From contig CAWBXS010000005.1 of the NCBI GenBank assembly GCA_963792825.1, positions 226,308 to 290,307 on the forward strand: a stretch of DNA of 64,000 nt. Direction: 5' to 3'. Within the stretch, counting starts at the first letter, position 1, and every line of letters begins with the position of its first letter. Source of the DNA: an uncultured delta proteobacterium (GTDB lineage Bacteria > Myxococcota_A > Polyangia > Polyangiales > Houyiibacteriaceae). Under the pieces are notes generated by a model. The model was given only the letters and a program-made list of their open reading frames with translations. It did not search any database and had not been told where the DNA came from. Shown piece after piece: positions 43,294-52,086 of this stretch. A program made the translations under genes and the position numbers.

Positions 43294-44787
43294 ATGTCTC
43301 GATATTATATGGTTCTGGTTGGGCTACTTGGGCTCGCGCTCGCGGGGGGTGTGGGTTGCGGCGGCAACAATGATGGTGGAGGTGGCACGGGTGGAAGTGG
43401 CGGCACGGCCGGCACCGGGGGAACGGGCGGGACGGGAGGCGTCATCGGCACGACCGAATCGAAAGTCATCAGCCTCGGGTGCCGGAACAGCGTCACGGAC
43501 GATGTGTCGATTCTAAACTGGACGCTCACGGCGACCAGCGAGCCGATCGAGCCGAGCTCGGCGTTCAATGCGGAGTTCGAAGGCATCGCGGTTTTCCCGG
43601 AATCCTTTCTCAACACTGCGCAGAACGTCATCCAAGGAGGCGTGAAGACTGCTGCGCTCCTGAGCACCGTGGCTACCGTGCGACCTCGATCAGGGGCGAC
43701 GGGGGATGCCGTGACGCTAGGACCAGTGGATCTGCCGTATACCTGCCAGATCCCGGATGCGGAGAGTCAACCCGTCAGCTGCGATCCGGCGAACGAGACG
43801 GACACCTGCCTGGGAGGAGCCAATGCTACCCAACCGTGCGCCACGAACGACGACTGTCCGGGCAGCTCCTGCGTTCCGGGCGCCAACACCGACTGTGAGC
43901 CTGTGATTGCCCAAAATCCATGCCGTCGATTCGTCGATATCCCCGTCACCGAAGGCACCCCGCTGAGCGCAGGTGGTTGCACGCCGGCAACCCCCGGCTT
44001 ACCGCCGCCAGACTGCGACTGCGCACCGTGCACCGCGATCGACGCCGGCGACGGAGTCAAGACCGGCCAATGCACCGCAAATGGCTTCTGTGTGTCAGGC
44101 CCGCTCGAGATTGGGCTCAAGCCCTCGATCGGCACCTTCACCGCAACGGACGCCGAAGAGGTTCTGTTTGGTTGGGACGACCAAGACACCGGAGCGACGG
44201 TCACCGGCGAAGGAACCTACGACTTGATCAAGCCCACCTTCCAGGACCCGACGACGCCTACGGATCTTCGCGTACAGGCTGGCGCTATCCCGCTGGCCGT
44301 GACGTGCACGATGGCAGTCGACAGCGCGGGCCCAGATGGGGTCGCGACCTGCTCGGGTGGCGCCAACGATGGAATGTCGTGTGAATCCCCGGAGGACAAC
44401 AGCAACGACTCGTGTGTGGGCGGCACCAACGAAGGCGACCCCTGCGATCCGGACACGTGTAACACCTCCAGTTGCGCTCCATGTGACGGAGGCGCTTGCG
44501 TCAATGCGGACTGCGGTGCGGGCGCGACCTGCGATCCGGCCGACCAGGCAAGCCCCACGCCGGACGAGCTGCTACTGGCCTTCCCGATCGGGGGCGCGGG
44601 CGGAGCTCCGGAGGCACTGGCGGAGCTGGCGGAGCTGGCGGCGGCGCTTAGCCCTCGGCGGTGGCCGATTGAACCGTCAACGCGCGGCCCATTCCGACTC
44701 TGCCGAGATGCTCGGTGGTTTGGGAATGGCGCCGCGCGGGGACGCCCGCAATCCAGACGTCGGTCACGACTCCGTCGCTGCGGTTGA
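43294..44787 (+). CDS. Island paralog E (497 aa as read): lipobox + Gly-rich tether + C-terminal family domain with an extra Cys-rich insertion and an atypical ~65-aa tail
   Basis: AAGGAG at 43282-43287. MSRYYMVLVGLLGLALAGGVGC. Motifs: VISLGCRNSVTDDVSILNWTL...FPESFLNTAQNVIQGGV...QCTANGFCVSGPLEIGL...PLAVTCTMAVDSAGPDG...ASPTPDELLLAFPIGG. The frame then continues as an Ala/Arg-rich tail overlapping the convergent amidohydrolase gene by 140 nt, so the true stop is uncertain. Confidence 0.7.
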   Translation: MSRYYMVLVGLLGLALAGGVGCGGNNDGGGGTGGSGGTAGTGGTGGTGGVIGTTESKVISLGCRNSVTDDVSILNWTLTATSEPIEPSSAFNAEFEGIAVFPESFLNTAQNVIQGGVKTAALLSTVATVRPRSGATGDAVTLGPVDLPYTCQIPDAESQPVSCDPANETDTCLGGANATQPCATNDDCPGSSCVPGANTDCEPVIAQNPCRRFVDIPVTEGTPLSAGGCTPATPGLPPPDCDCAPCTAIDAGDGVKTGQCTANGFCVSGPLEIGLKPSIGTFTATDAEEVLFGWDDQDTGATVTGEGTYDLIKPTFQDPTTPTDLRVQAGAIPLAVTCTMAVDSAGPDGVATCSGGANDGMSCESPEDNSNDSCVGGTNEGDPCDPDTCNTSSCAPCDGGACVNADCGAGATCDPADQASPTPDELLLAFPIGGAGGAPEALAELAELAAALSPRRWPIEPSTRGPFRLCRDARWFGNGAARGRPQSRRRSRLRRCG

Positions 44788-46561
44788 GCATTTGCTCGGC
44801 GGCGACGGCCTCGCGGTGCTCGAAGATCGTGCCCGCTTCCGAGTCGTAGCGTGCAAGCGCCTCGGGGTCGATCAGGATGAGGTCGGCCTTCAGGCCCGGC
44901 TCGATGGTGCCGACGGTTCGTTCGACGCCCCAGAACTCGGCGGGAACGCGCGTGAGACGCGAGACGTGATAGGCGACGGTCGCGAGGGAGCGCCGCTGGG
45001 CGATTTGAAGGCCGCGTAGATTCGAGTCGTAGTAGGCCATGTTGGTGAGGTGGGCGCCCGAGTCGCTGAAGCCGGGGAGCATTTGTGGGTCGAACAAGAC
45101 GCGCGCCATGCGCTCCTCGTCCTCGTTCGCGGCAAGCACGTACCATCGGAGGTCGGTGTCGAAGTAGCGGAGAAGGTGCAAGATGAAGTCGCAGTCGTCG
45201 CCGATGGGGTCGGGGAAGCTGGCGAAGACTCGGGCCTCGGCATCGTTGCGGGGCCCGAGCCCCGTTCGAACGGTTCGGCCCTGCCCGCTCGGTCTCGCCT
45301 GCCAATCGAGGAGCCGCTCGTAAATCTGCTGGAGCGTCTCACCTTTCCACACTGGCAGCGGGCGGCTCGTCATGACCATGTCCTTCAAATTGCGGCTGAA
45401 GCTGTCGTCCATGATGCGAAGCCAGCGCTTGAGGCGCGCGAGCGAGACGCCCTTTTTGTCGTGGTACCACATCGCGCGAAATCGCTTTTGGTAGTCGGCG
45501 TCGTCGAGCAACGCCATTCGTGCCGCTTCGTCGTCGAGGTCGATCTCGTTGAGCTCACGGAGGGCCGGGATCTCCTCGGAGAGTGGAGTGATCGCTCCAT
45601 CGGCATAGACGCGGAACGGCGCAGCCAGGGCCTGCAGGCGGAATCGCCCGTTGATGAGCGGTGAGTTGAGGATGCGTGTGAGGACGACGCCGAGCTTCGC
45701 GAGAAAGCGATTCGTCACGACGTCGAGCGCGGCAACGGCCGTCACCTTGAGCGGCTTCCCGAAAAATCGGCCGCTGCTCAGCATGAACCATCGCACCACG
45801 TTGAGTGGCTTGTCTTTTTCGGGCGTCGCCTGCCAGATACGGCCGTAGCGGCGAACGACCTCCGTGAGGCGTTTGATCTCACCGTAGTCGGCGTGGTTGG
45901 CGGGGATGCGTTTCTTGCGATGCGGGTCGTCGGACAAGTAGTGAAAGGGCAGCATGTCGGTCGAAAAGCCGGGGTATCCGTCCTTCATCGCCTGCTCGAG
46001 AATTCCTTCCATCTTCTGAAGGTCCTCCTCGGTGGCCTTCTCGCTGATCGCGCGATCGAGCCCCATCGCCTCGATGCGCAGCATCGAGTGCGGAATCATC
46101 GGCACGATGTTGGCGCCGAGCGGCATCGTCTCGAAGTGCTCGAGATAGGCCTTGGGGTTATCCCAGGTGATTCGGTCGGCCACGCGCCGGAGGACGGCCT
46201 TCGGAATGTTTTCGACTCGCGCGAAGCACGAGACGACCGGGTCGTGCCCGTCTTGGTTTTGACGGCCGAACGGAACGCCGATTGAGCAGTTGGCGACCAC
46301 GGCGGTGGTCGTGCCGTGGCGCACCACCTCCGTGAGCCCCGGGTCGAGCTCGACCTCGAGGTCGAGGTGGGTGTGAATGTCCCAGAGGCCTGGCATCAAC
46401 CATCGGCCTTCGGCATCGATGACCTCGAGGGCTTGGGTCGGGTCGAGCGCGGGACCCACGGCGGCGACTTTCCCGGCCTCGATGGCGACATCCTGCCGCG
46501 AAGGCGTCTCGGCGCGGCCGTCGAACACCAGCGCGTTCTTGATCAATGTGCTCCAGGGCAT
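44648..46561 (-). CDS. Amidohydrolase-superfamily protein (N-acyl-D-amino-acid deacylase-like)
   Basis: MPWSTLIKNALVFDGRAETPSRQDVAIEAGKVAAVG...VIDAEGRWLMPGLWDIHTHLD (metal-binding HxH motif). The start is at the internal Met (46561). Confidence 0.75.
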   Translation of the reverse strand: MPWSTLIKNALVFDGRAETPSRQDVAIEAGKVAAVGPALDPTQALEVIDAEGRWLMPGLWDIHTHLDLEVELDPGLTEVVRHGTTTAVVANCSIGVPFGRQNQDGHDPVVSCFARVENIPKAVLRRVADRITWDNPKAYLEHFETMPLGANIVPMIPHSMLRIEAMGLDRAISEKATEEDLQKMEGILEQAMKDGYPGFSTDMLPFHYLSDDPHRKKRIPANHADYGEIKRLTEVVRRYGRIWQATPEKDKPLNVVRWFMLSSGRFFGKPLKVTAVAALDVVTNRFLAKLGVVLTRILNSPLINGRFRLQALAAPFRVYADGAITPLSEEIPALRELNEIDLDDEAARMALLDDADYQKRFRAMWYHDKKGVSLARLKRWLRIMDDSFSRNLKDMVMTSRPLPVWKGETLQQIYERLLDWQARPSGQGRTVRTGLGPRNDAEARVFASFPDPIGDDCDFILHLLRYFDTDLRWYVLAANEDEERMARVLFDPQMLPGFSDSGAHLTNMAYYDSNLRGLQIAQRRSLATVAYHVSRLTRVPAEFWGVERTVGTIEPGLKADLILIDPEALARYDSEAGTIFEHREAVAAEQMLNRSDGVVTDVWIAGVPARRHSQTTEHLGRVGMGRALTVQSATAEG

Positions 46562-46679
46562 GTGAGATGTGTAGAGCAGGGGCGGTGGCAGCGCCAGGGA
46601 GCACGAGCTGTTTACTGCAATGGTGGTATCAAGCTGTGATAAATGATGACAGCGGCAACGTCTTAAAGAATCGATTCTC

Positions 46680-47489
46680 ATGCTGGTGCAAAGCCTTCGA
46701 TCCGTCGCCATTTTCCCATTTTTGATCGTTCTGTGTTCGTCGCTGGCCTGTACTCCACGGCTCGAGCGGCGCGCCGCTCAGTCGATGGTGTCGGGTACGA
46801 ATGCGATGGCTGAGATGCACCGACGGGATGTCGGCGAGAAGAGAGCTTTCAATGCGGGAACCCTTTGGCTCTTGACCAAAGTGACAGAGGTGACCGGAGA
46901 TCAGCGATACGCAGGTTGGGTCAAAGAGATGATCGGTCTGGCGACGGGTGACCGTGCCTTGCGTCTCGTCGATCGATCGCAACCGCAGCCGGTATTGCCC
47001 GTCGACCCAGGCCGCGGTGTGCTGCGTTTTGCAAACCTAGTAGTGGCGCCATTGGGTCAGCCCGCTTTCATGGCGCGGAAGTTCATCGAAGAGTTCATCT
47101 CCGAAGCCGGCGAGGGTTATGTGCTGACCCACCAGATTCTGGTCATCGAGTGGGCACGGGAACAGGGCTTGGAGTTGCCCGCGAGCACAGATGACCGCGA
47201 ACGGCAGCTGTTGAAAGTGCTGGAGCGAGAGCAAGATGCCGATCCCCAATTTTCGGATCTGTACGCGGAGCGTGCTGCAGTTCTGGTGATGTACGGCAAT
47301 CCAACACCTGAGAAAGCAGCGGGATGGGTTCGCGTGATCGTGGATGCTCAGAGAGAAGACGGCAGTTGGGGGGAGTTCAGCCAAACCGTCGTATACGACG
47401 GCCAGAAGAGTTTTTCTCGTACGGGGGATGCCAGCCACACACAAGCATTGGCGCTGTTGGCGCTGGCCGGTTATTTGAAACATCGATGA
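46680..47489 (+). CDS. Putative lipoprotein with one QW (QxxxGxW) motif, possibly a prenyltransferase/terpene-cyclase-like alpha-toroid repeat
   Basis: MLVQSLRSVAIFPFLIVLCSSLAC lipobox. VDAQREDGSWGEF fits QxxxGxW. There is no further family evidence. Confidence 0.5.
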   Translation: MLVQSLRSVAIFPFLIVLCSSLACTPRLERRAAQSMVSGTNAMAEMHRRDVGEKRAFNAGTLWLLTKVTEVTGDQRYAGWVKEMIGLATGDRALRLVDRSQPQPVLPVDPGRGVLRFANLVVAPLGQPAFMARKFIEEFISEAGEGYVLTHQILVIEWAREQGLELPASTDDRERQLLKVLEREQDADPQFSDLYAERAAVLVMYGNPTPEKAAGWVRVIVDAQREDGSWGEFSQTVVYDGQKSFSRTGDASHTQALALLALAGYLKHR

Positions 47490-47502
47490 AGGCGAGCCGC
47501 CC

Positions 47503-48033
47503 TCAAAAGACGAAGCGCCCCGATTCGACGTTCCAGTGAAAGCGGCTCCCGTACGGACGCCTGCGCGCGTTCCGCTCGAGCTCTCGGCGCTGCTTGTTGC
47601 GAACGCCGAGCATGATGCCGGATGTGAGCATTCCAATCGCACCGGCCGTGATGAACGTGACGCCGAAACCAAGGAGCACATCCCCGGCGGTGTTACAGAC
47701 CAGCTCCTCCGGTACGTACGGCCTCCGGATCGAATAGCACTGCGAGGCCCCGATGCCCGCAAAGATGAGCCCCGCACCGAACGCTGCGCTGGTCCCGATC
47801 AGGGCACTGCGAACACGCCGGCTCCGGTCGGCCGCTTCGTCGAGCTGATACTCGAGAGGGGTCGGGAGGACTGGGGTCTCAGTCGGCGTAGTGACGATCA
47901 TCGTCGAGGGCGCCCCGTCAGGCGCGACGCGAGGGGACGCATCTTGTTGCGCTGCCGCGACGCTCGGAGCGAGCAAGGCCAGAAACGCAAGAAGGCCTAC
48001 GAAGAGGAAGCGACCACTCATGCCCGCAGACAC
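47503..48033 (-). CDS. Hypothetical membrane protein
   Basis: Signal-like N-terminus GRFLFVGLLAFLALLAPSVAAA. Two hydrophobic, Gly-rich helices (LIGTSAAFGAGLIFAGIGA; VLLGFGVTFITAGAIGMLTSGIML). Confidence 0.5.
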   Translation of the reverse strand: MSAGMSGRFLFVGLLAFLALLAPSVAAAQQDASPRVAPDGAPSTMIVTTPTETPVLPTPLEYQLDEAADRSRRVRSALIGTSAAFGAGLIFAGIGASQCYSIRRPYVPEELVCNTAGDVLLGFGVTFITAGAIGMLTSGIMLGVRNKQRRELERNARRRPYGSRFHWNVESGRFVF

Positions 48034-48250
48034 TATCGCGACGAAAGAAACCCGACAACCGGCAGCGTCGGTGCCCTGACGTCCCGGGGCTCGGGATGGG
48101 CAGCACAGCGAGCGGGGGCGACGCCAGACGTAGGGTGGCGTGAGGAGCCGGCGGAGCGGGTCCCGCTCGCGAGCACGCCCGTCGCGAGCCGTCCTCCGGC
48201 ATTGCGGTCGCTCCCAGTAATGAAGGTGTTGGCATCGCCGTGCCCCGGCG

Positions 48251-49141
48251 TTAATGGCTGTGGAGGGCGTCGCAGAGGAAGTCGATCAGCAGGCGGACGC
48301 GTTCGGGGAGCTGGCGCGTGGAATAGACGAGGTGGATCGGTGGTGAGGGGAGGCTCCATTCTCGGAAGATGTGTACGAGGCGCCCTGCTCTCTCGCCCTC
48401 CGCGACGTGGAGCTCCGGCATCAGTCCGATGCCCTGCCCTTCGGCGACCAGCTCCACCATGGCCGCGTAGTCGTCGACGTTGACCCGTCCCGACACGGTC
48501 AGCTCGACGGTTTCGTGGTCCTCGCCTTTCCCCTTCTCCAAGCGAAGGACCTGGGTCTGACCGCGCTTGCGATAGAGCACGAACGGATAGGCTCCGAGCC
48601 CGGCGATGTCGTCGCAGTCGATGTCGTTGTCGGGGTGGGCGGCGAGTTGGAAGTCCGAGGGGAGGAGCTTGCGGGCGATCAGGGTCGGGTCGGTGACGCG
48701 CCCCGCCCGCACGGCGAGGTCGACCTGTTCCTGCACGAGGTCGACGAAGCGATTGGTGAACACCAAGTCGAGCGCGATGTCCGGGTACCGCCTTAGAAAC
48801 CGTACGAGCTCGGGGATCAGGAGCATGCGGCCGAGGTCGGTCGGCGCGGTCAACCGGATCGTGCCGCGCGGGGCTTTCGTGCTGTCTTCGATCGTCGCCA
48901 CCGCGGTGTCTAGGACGTCGATCGCGTCGACCACCGAGTCGTAGAACCGGCTGCCCTCCGGAGTCGGGGTGACCCGGCGGGCGTCGCGGTGAACCAGCTT
49001 CGTATCGAGCTGCTCCTCGAGGCGGGCGAGACGGCGGCTCACCGTAGACTTCGGCACGCCGAGGTGCCTGGCCGCCGCTGCCAGGCTGTGGCGCCGAATG
49101 ACCTCAACAAACGTTGCAATATTATCCCGATCTGCGGCCAT
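48251..49141 (-). CDS. LysR-family transcriptional regulator
   Basis: N-terminal HTH FVEVIRRHSLAAAARHLGVPKSTVSRRLARLEEQL, followed by a LysR substrate-binding domain. Divergent from the pirin gene. Confidence 0.9.
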   Translation of the reverse strand: MAADRDNIATFVEVIRRHSLAAAARHLGVPKSTVSRRLARLEEQLDTKLVHRDARRVTPTPEGSRFYDSVVDAIDVLDTAVATIEDSTKAPRGTIRLTAPTDLGRMLLIPELVRFLRRYPDIALDLVFTNRFVDLVQEQVDLAVRAGRVTDPTLIARKLLPSDFQLAAHPDNDIDCDDIAGLGAYPFVLYRKRGQTQVLRLEKGKGEDHETVELTVSGRVNVDDYAAMVELVAEGQGIGLMPELHVAEGERAGRLVHIFREWSLPSPPIHLVYSTRQLPERVRLLIDFLCDALHSH

Positions 49142-49154
49142 TAGGCCCTAAGAG

Positions 49155-49168
49155 TTGCGTTTACGCAA
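49155..49168. promoter_or_regulatory. Candidate LysR box in the LysR/pirin divergent region
   Basis: Perfect inverted repeat TTGCGT-TT-ACGCAA, which also reads as T-N11-A (49156-49168). It lies 14 nt from the LysR start codon. Confidence 0.4.
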
Positions 49169-49253
49169 CCTGATGTCAACCCGATGCGCTCTGCCACTTG
49201 GGGTGTCGGCTTCTTAGAGGAAGGAGGTGGCGGACCGGTCCACCAAGGAGGCC

Positions 49254-50147
49254 ATGATGCAGACCGCAACTCGAACCAAACACACTCCGAGGGCGTTGGA
49301 CCTCATCCATCCCCCAGGTTCGGACCATTGGGTGGGAGACGGCTTCTACGTGAAAACCGTCTTTTGGCCCCAGCTCGACGCGGCCATGCTGAGCCCCTTT
49401 CTGCTGCTCGACCATGCCGCGCCCAGGCACTTCGACCCGTCGCCCTGGCGCCGGGGCGTTGGCGAGCACCCGCACCGCGGCTTCGAGACGGTCACCTTCG
49501 CCTATGCCGGCGAGATCGAGCATCGCGATTCCGCGGGCGGCGGCGGCCGCATCGGCCCAGGAGACGTGCAGTGGATGACGGCCGCCTCCGGCGTCGTGCA
49601 CGAGGAGAAGCATTCGCAAGCCTTTTCGGAGCGGGGCGGCAAATTCGAGATGGTGCAGCTCTGGGTGAACCTGCCTGCGAGCAAGAAGATGAGCGCGCCG
49701 CGCTATCAAGCACTTCTCGATCGGGAGCTCCCGCGGCTCTCGCTCGGTGCGGCCGAGGCGCGCCTGGTTGCAGGTGAGCTCGGAGGGCAGACGGGCCCTG
49801 CTCGCACGCACACTCCGATCGTCACGTTGGATCTTCGATTTGGCGAAGAAGGCATGTCAGAGCTCGAGCTCCCCGCCGGCTGGACGACGCTCGTGTTCCC
49901 GCTCGAAGGCACGGTGAGCGCGGGGCCGGATCGAGCACCGGTTGCTCCGCGACACATCGCCGTCTTCGCTCGTGACGACGATGGACCCATCCAGCTCCAT
50001 GCGAGCAAAGGGGCACGTGTCCTGGTGCTCGCCGGGGAGCCGATCGACGAGCCGGTCGTCGCCTACGGACCCTTCGTCATGAACACGACCGAGGAAATCG
50101 GCCAAGCCTTCCGCGACTATCAGAGCGGGCGGATGGGCCACCTTTGA
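49254..50147 (+). CDS. Pirin-family protein
   Basis: GDGFYVKTVF...LLLDHAAP...GVGEHPHRGFETVTFAYAGEIEHRDSAGG (cupin metal site). AAGGAGG at 49245-49251 favours the ATG at 49254 or 49257 over the GTG at 49227. Confidence 0.9.
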   Translation: MMQTATRTKHTPRALDLIHPPGSDHWVGDGFYVKTVFWPQLDAAMLSPFLLLDHAAPRHFDPSPWRRGVGEHPHRGFETVTFAYAGEIEHRDSAGGGGRIGPGDVQWMTAASGVVHEEKHSQAFSERGGKFEMVQLWVNLPASKKMSAPRYQALLDRELPRLSLGAAEARLVAGELGGQTGPARTHTPIVTLDLRFGEEGMSELELPAGWTTLVFPLEGTVSAGPDRAPVAPRHIAVFARDDDGPIQLHASKGARVLVLAGEPIDEPVVAYGPFVMNTTEEIGQAFRDYQSGRMGHL

Positions 50148-50165
50148 GAAACGGAAAGGAAGCAG

Positions 50166-51167
50166 ATGGGAAAATTAGTCGACGGCGTTTGGCATGACCT
50201 TTGGTACGACACCAAGAGCACGGGCGGGAGGTTCGTGCGCACGAACGCGACTTTTCGAAACTGGATCACCCGAGACGGCGAAATCGCGCCGAGCGGCAAG
50301 ACCTTCGAGGCCGAGGCCGGGCGGTATCATCTCTACGTCTCGTACGCGTGTCCCTGGGCGCATCGAACCCTGATTTTCCGAAAGCTCAAAGGGCTCGAAG
50401 ACATGATCGGACTGTCGGTCGTGAACCACTTCATGGGAGGCCAGGGGTGGACGTTTCACGAAACGGAGGGCGTGATTCCGGACCCGGTGCTCGACGTCGA
50501 GTTCCTGCATCAGCTCTACACCGCGGCCGACCCGAGCTTCAGCGGCCGGGTCACCGTTCCGGTGCTTTGGGACAAAAAGACCTCCACGATCGTGAGCAAC
50601 GAGTCCTCCGAGATCATTCGAATGTTCAACAGTGCATTCGACCATCTCGGCGCCAAGCCGGGCGACTTCTACCCGGAAGCGCTTCGCGAGGAGATCGATG
50701 CCATCAACGAGCGCGTCTATCACCACGTCAACAACGGGGTGTACAAGTGCGGCTTTGCGACGAGGCAAGAAGCCTACGAGGAAGCGTTGGTCGCCCTCTT
50801 CGATACCTTGGATTGGCTCGAGGAACGGCTGTCCCGGCGACGGTATCTGGTCGGCAACCAAATCACGGAAGCCGACTGGCGCCTGTTCACGACGCTCTTG
50901 CGGTTCGACTCGGTGTACGTCGGCCACTTCAAGACCAACCTACGGCGCATCGTCGACTACCCCAACCTGTGGGCGTACACGCGCGAGCTCTATCAGGTGC
51001 CGGGGGTCAGGGGCACGGTCGACATGCACCACATCAAACACCACTACTACGGCAGCCACGAGACCATCAATCCGTCGGGAATCGTTCCGATGGGACCGGT
51101 CACCGACTTCGACGAGCCCCACGGCCGTGAGGCGATGCTCGACCCCCTCGCCAACGCGGCGGAATGA
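50166..51167 (+). CDS. yqjG: Glutathionyl-hydroquinone reductase (Xi-class GST, YqjG/ECM4 type)
   Basis: MGKLVDGVWHDLWYDTKSTGGRFVRTNATFRNWI...GRYHLYVSYACPWAHRTLIFRKLKGL is nearly collinear with E. coli YqjG as I recall it (CPWAHR active site). Confidence 0.9.
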   Translation: MGKLVDGVWHDLWYDTKSTGGRFVRTNATFRNWITRDGEIAPSGKTFEAEAGRYHLYVSYACPWAHRTLIFRKLKGLEDMIGLSVVNHFMGGQGWTFHETEGVIPDPVLDVEFLHQLYTAADPSFSGRVTVPVLWDKKTSTIVSNESSEIIRMFNSAFDHLGAKPGDFYPEALREEIDAINERVYHHVNNGVYKCGFATRQEAYEEALVALFDTLDWLEERLSRRRYLVGNQITEADWRLFTTLLRFDSVYVGHFKTNLRRIVDYPNLWAYTRELYQVPGVRGTVDMHHIKHHYYGSHETINPSGIVPMGPVTDFDEPHGREAMLDPLANAAE

Positions 51168-51207
51168 GAGATGGCCTAGAGGCTCGGACCATGTCAACCT
51201 CCCCGCC

Positions 51208-52086
51208 ATGTTCGAGCCTCATCGTCTATCCATGGTTGGCCTGCTCTGCCTGACCTCGGTCCTGGCATGTAGTCGCAGCGTCAGCCTCCCTCCCCTCGTC
51301 GAAGACCTAGGCGCGCCGGAGCTGCCCGGGAAGTTCGTCTGGCACAACCTCGTCACGAGTGACGGCGAAGCAGCTCGGCAGTTCTACGGCGCGCTCTTCG
51401 GTTGGGAGTTCGAGGTCGAGGAGGATGGTCGCTACAGCGTCATCACCTATGAAGGCCGCAACCTCGGCGGCATCCTCGACGCGAGCAAGGATGGCAACAT
51501 GCTCAAGGCGGGCCACTGGCTGAGCGCAATGTCGGTCCCGGACCTCGAAAGCTCGTTGGCTGCCGTGCGCGCGGCGGGCGGCAAAGAGCTCGAGGCGATC
51601 ATCCACGTCGCGGGCGTGGGCCAGGTGGTGACCGTGGCGGACGCCGACGGCGCGCTCCTCCATCTCTTGTCACCGGAGCACGGCGACCCGCCCGACGTCG
51701 AGCCTGCGGTTCATACTTGGCTCTGGCACGAGCTCCTCGCGAACCATGCGGAACGCGAGCTCGAGTTCTACGAAGCCGCGTTCGGTTACCGAGTCGAGCC
51801 GCTCAAGAAGGACCCAAGCGCGGAGTATCGCGTCTTGTGGAGCTCGGGCGAGGCGCGCGCCGGGGTCATGAAGAATCCGTTCGAGAACACCCGTTCGGTG
51901 TGGATCCCGTACGTGCGTGTCGACGACCCGGCGGCGCTTGCAGAGCGCGTCCCCGGCCTAGGCGGCCGCGTGGTGCTTGCTCCCAGTCAGGAGCTGCGCG
52001 ACGGCACCTTGGCCTTGGTGCTCGACCCTTCGGGGGCCCCGGTTGCGCTCCAAAAATGGTCGCCCGAGGAAGGACCGAACCCATGA
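51208..52086 (+). CDS. Two-domain VOC (glyoxalase/bleomycin-resistance fold) protein with a lipobox-like signal
   Basis: MFEPHRLSMVGLLCLTSVLAC. FVWHNLVTSDGEAARQFYGALFGWEF and a second HTWLWHELLANHAERELEFYEAAFGYRVE module. The ORF-track start at 50632 is an out-of-frame run through the GST gene. Confidence 0.75.
   Translation: MFEPHRLSMVGLLCLTSVLACSRSVSLPPLVEDLGAPELPGKFVWHNLVTSDGEAARQFYGALFGWEFEVEEDGRYSVITYEGRNLGGILDASKDGNMLKAGHWLSAMSVPDLESSLAAVRAAGGKELEAIIHVAGVGQVVTVADADGALLHLLSPEHGDPPDVEPAVHTWLWHELLANHAERELEFYEAAFGYRVEPLKKDPSAEYRVLWSSGEARAGVMKNPFENTRSVWIPYVRVDDPAALAERVPGLGGRVVLAPSQELRDGTLALVLDPSGAPVALQKWSPEEGPNP

Noticed and set aside
23126-44787. The idea that the island encodes polymorphic lipoprotein toxins with immunity genes (SitA/SitI-like), or a diversity-generating retroelement target family.
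   Set aside because: In polymorphic toxins the C-terminus is the variable part and small immunity genes follow. Here the C-terminal domain is the conserved part, and each gene is followed by a terminator or the next paralog. No reverse transcriptase, template repeat or recombinase was found in the window.
50632-52086. A single 484-aa ORF covering the GST 3' half and the VOC gene.
   Set aside because: The first 192 codons are an alternative frame of the YqjG gene (Arg/Ser/Thr-rich). A good Met + signal peptide (MFEPHRLSMVGLLCLTSVLAC) at 51208 starts the real VOC protein.
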